Part shown: positions 60,726 to 64,000 of the stretch, one piece after another | Layout of the letters: each line of letters opens with the position of its first letter | Position numbering within the stretch: position 1 is the first letter of the stretch | The notes under the pieces: model-generated | Seen by the model: only the letters and a program-made list of their open reading frames with translations | The model's database searches: none | Told to the model about the DNA's origin: nothing | IMG/VR virus record: IMGVR_UViG_3300050821_000498 | Source: an uncultured virus (IMG/VR IMGVR_UViG_3300050821_000498) | Taxonomy: Duplodnaviria; Heunggongvirae; Uroviricota; Caudoviricetes | DNA: 64,000 nucleotides | Strand: one strand, 5' to 3' | Made by a program: the position numbers and the translations under genes

Positions 60726-60932
60726 TAAGAATGTTATAAATAATTATGGACAAACAAGAAAGCTTTCAGATTAGCCCGTAACGTGAATTAAAAATCGGCA
60801 TCCATGATTTATAACCCTATTCGCTTTCTTGTTCAACGCTTGCCGTAGTAAACGCCTTCCATGTACACATATTATCACATCCAAAAGATAATACAAGCTT
60901 TATTTCTACTAAGTGTAGAAATATTTTATACA

Positions 60933-61307
60933 TCAAGTTTTCAATGTCGCTTGCATAATCTCTTGCAACTCCTTCGCAATTTTCGTCTGTTCTGCCATCA
61001 ACTCTTTGACTCGCTTGATTGTATCCTTGCCAGCCTTTGCTTTAGGCTTGATAGGTGTTACACTATTACGTGGCAGACGTTGGCGCAATACAATCTCCTT
61101 GCCTCCAAATGTCTCCTTGTAATCTGTTACCATACTTTCAATTTGCTTAGCTGTAGGAGTCTTGGTTGATTGGTAGTATTCCAGGCTTACCATAACTGGC
61201 TCTGAGCCTTTGCCATTCCATACCATCAGTTTATTACCCTTGAAGCTATCAGACAAGAAGATTGCAGGCTTACCCATCAGATCAGTGCGGCAAATAATGT
61301 TTTCCAT
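60933..61307 (-). CDS. Hypothetical early protein
   Basis: AAGGGG RBS; basic coiled C-terminus. Confidence 0.6.
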   Translation of the reverse strand: MENIICRTDLMGKPAIFLSDSFKGNKLMVWNGKGSEPVMVSLEYYQSTKTPTAKQIESMVTDYKETFGGKEIVLRQRLPRNSVTPIKPKAKAGKDTIKRVKELMAEQTKIAKELQEIMQATLKT

Positions 61308-61627
61308 GATTGTCCCCCTTAAAAAGAATTATAAATAAGTGTTTTAAAATAAATCATTTTGTGTTAGAGAAAATTAGGCTTGTCGCCTGATTCGTAATGT
61401 AGAACAAGTCATTAGCATAGTCAAGGAAAAATTAAAAGGGCAAACGTAAAACAATGTAACAATTAATTTGTTATATAGGGAATTGAAATAAAGGTATTGT
61501 GCATATACAACAAATTTAAAATAAATTTGACAGATGATTAAATATGTCTTATAGTGGATTCATTAGCGCTGCTTCAGCGGTTAATTAAGTAGAGGTATTG
61601 TCTATCGCTTATGCTCAAAACAATAAA

Positions 61628-61647
61628 TAAAAGCCGCTTTCGCGGCT
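61628..61647 (-). terminator. Intrinsic terminator
   Basis: AGCCGC-GAAA-GCGGCT then TTTATTT on the - strand. Confidence 0.75.
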
Positions 61648-61652
61648 CTATA

Positions 61653-62476
61653 TTAGTATTGCTTTCTTAAGAATTTATCCGTATCATATCCAAAAATAGT
61701 TAATGGTTTTCCGGTAGCATAGTTTATTCCATTGTTGTATTTAGGATGATTAGGGTCACCGTCATCAAATATACCGGCTTTATGATGAGTACAAATTAAC
61801 ATATTTGATTCACGCATAGCTTGCTGGGCATACTTGTTTGGCAGATCGTAGGTTTTCATTTAACATACCCCTTCAATTGTTCATTAGTCAAACTGCGAGC
61901 AATGGTAGTGTCACACATCAACTCAGTTAAACTACCCTGGCCCATGAAAGAATGACTAACTAGATATTGCAAGTCTACAACTTCGCCAGCGTTATTTCGT
62001 GTAGTGTAAATGTCCAGGATAATATAATCTGTCAACTCTTTAGCCTTTGCATACCGCTTGCGTGAGAATGTCAGGCCGATTGGGAAACGTGGTGTATTCA
62101 TTTTGAAATCCTTGGTTTATTTACAGATAGTTTAAATTCTATGTGCGGCTCATCTTTACTGAATACATCTAGCCATTGTTTAGCAGTCTCAGAACAGCAT
62201 TCCCGTTCTATGTGCCAGCGCCAGCCATATGCACTATCAAAACGTTTTGACCATAGTTTAATCATTTTTGAAAGCTCCTCAATTACGCGGTAGGATTGTA
62301 TGAAGTTTTCCAGATGCATCATATATAGCGGTGAAATTATATTTGTCTTGAATAATCTTGCCCCATTTAACGGCATCTACAATACTATAGAATCCACCAG
62401 CGCAAGGATTTAGAGTAGTGTTGATATCCTGAATTATGCCAGATGTACGGTGTACAAAGAATTGAAAATTATGCAT
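61653..62476 (-). CDS. Four small early-type hypothetical genes
   Basis: Overlapping ORFs 61653-61859, 61856-62101, 62098-~62265, 62279-62476. Confidence 0.55.
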
Positions 62477-62559
62477 CTTGATTCCCCTATGTAAGAGCCT
62501 CCATTATTACACTTAATACCCATATTTGCAAGCCTATCTTGTAAAAATATATTTTCTTA

Positions 62560-62990
62560 ATCTTATTGCTCACCATCCGGCATTATGCTAGTCTGAAAGA
62601 TGGAAGCAATCCGCTTTGGCATTGCTGCATCTGTTCGCCTGAGACATTCTCAGAGCGGATAAGGAGACTTATTGCTTGAACATTTATTCTATATACCTAT
62701 CAGTAATAAAGGAGTGTAAATTAAATACATAATTATATGTAGGATGCCCCACATCAAATTTCTATTCATAATCGGATAGAGAGTAGGTATTCTATTGTCA
62801 GACACATATATGTTAGCACTCCCTTACAGACAAATGGATACATTTCTATGCAAATGCGTATAGTGTATCTGTGTAGCAACATTCTGAGAGGGGATGAGAA
62901 ATTGACCTCTTGGCATTCCAAGCCCCTCCCTAGTGATTCAACAGGAATTGAAAAGTGATTGGGGAATTTTCATAAATATGTTACAGCTTT
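62560..62990 (+). ncRNA. Candidate large structured non-coding RNA (unassigned family)
   Basis: ORF-free gap with many nested stems whose G-U pairs form on the + strand; see findings. Confidence 0.55.
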
Positions 62991-63006
62991 CTTTGGGACT
63001 TTTAGT

Positions 63007-63747
63007 TTAGAATTTAATCCGCAATCCTCCGTTAACAAAATCTATCTGTTTTGCATTAGGATATTTTAAAGCAGCCTCACCAATAATTTTAGAGTGACCA
63101 AATTTTAACTCACCTTCTACTTTCAGACGCATGGCATATTCTTCATCAGATTCATAATCTTGCCAACAAACATCAAATTCTCCAACTGTGTCAGTATCAA
63201 AATTCATATACGCTTGAGGATACTTATCATAAAGCATCTGTAATGTTTCTAGTGCCTCTTTAAGAGTCATATTCGATATATCGTGATAGCCTTCAGACCA
63301 TTTAGTAATAATTTTCTTTGTCATTTCTTTTCTCCTTTAGGGTAGCATTCTGCGAACACTACAAAATCATTACCATTGAATTGTTTTCTATAATTATCTC
63401 TAGCACTAAGACAAGAATTCCTATCATCAAAGTATATAGTAGTAGTTGTCATATGACTAGAGTGCCGTACATATATTGTTAGAATAAGAATATATGGCAT
63501 ACGTTTACGTATGATACCAGTTTGGCACAACAAACGAAGGCTTAGACGGCTGCAACATCATGCAGAAGCCTTTTAGGTCAGCTTTATAAGTTTCATAGTC
63601 ATCTGAATATTCTACATACCTCTGAAGCTTTCCACATAAATCAGCCCAAGTACAAATACCTTTAATTAGTATAATACTACCATCCCTACGAGTAAGCATC
63701 TTGTTTGATCTGTAAGCCTCACAAACAAACTCATATTTATCTTGCAT
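63007..63747 (-). CDS. Three small hypothetical genes (63007-63324, 63321-63533, 63505-63747)
   Basis: Overlapping co-directional ORFs. Confidence 0.55.
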
Positions 63748-64000
63748 ATTTATTTCCTTCCCTTTAAAAATCGGATGACTTGAAAATTATGGATAAAGTC
63801 ATCTGAAAAACCAAAGTATATAAAATCCCTAAAATATCTCCTACAAGTATTGTACTAAAGTATCTTTTCTCTCGTAGCGTTTCATTATTTCAATAGCCTC
63901 TTTAGCATATTCTGCACTTATACACCTTATATTCATAACACTCCAGAAAAAGAAGAACCTACGTTCCCATATATAATAGACATTATTCCTTTTAGTGATT

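Noticed and set aside
62560..62990. Group I/II intron, hammerhead, tmRNA or RNase P identity for the structured region
   Set aside because: No paired P7 elements, no domain V triad, no CUGAnGA/GAAA core, no tRNA-like ends, and no interrupted host gene.
1..64000. Alternative genetic code or stop-codon reassignment
   Set aside because: Core genes are full length under the standard code, TAG and TGA are used as real stops, and no suppressor tRNA is present.

Overview
The window is about 64 kb of an AT-rich, tailed dsDNA phage genome. It is siphovirus-like (1599-aa tape measure protein, small tail tube, no sheath) and the host is Gram-negative, as shown by nested spanins. Layout: (1) 1-18.2 kb, + strand, replication and nucleotide metabolism (HD hydrolase, family A polymerase, C5 methyltransferase, SSB-like, exonuclease, endonuclease, metallophosphoesterase, MazG-like, class Ia RNR). 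(2) 18.3-46.2 kb, - strand, lysis, tail, neck, head and packaging genes plus tRNA-Leu(UAA). (3) 46.3-49.2 kb, + strand, PhoH and ClpP-like genes. (4) 49.3-64 kb, a GC-richer serine recombinase, long non-coding tracts and many small - strand early-type genes with sigma70-like promoters, tRNA-Arg(UCU) and a pentapeptide-repeat gene. Five homing-type endonucleases are present. No CRISPR array, reverse transcriptase, PurZ or tyrosine integrase was seen. The most unusual signals are a ~430-nt multi-domain structured RNA candidate antisense to the early genes (62.56-62.99 kb); an HNH gene whose stop codon is the tRNA-Leu anticodon, followed by a structured ~230-nt RNA and terminator ahead of terL; a papain-DUF4214-like fusion beside the lysis cassette; and a CACAAACAA/mini-hairpin array at 52.1-52.9 kb. 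All calls come from motif reading and manual base-pairing; no searches or folding programs were run.
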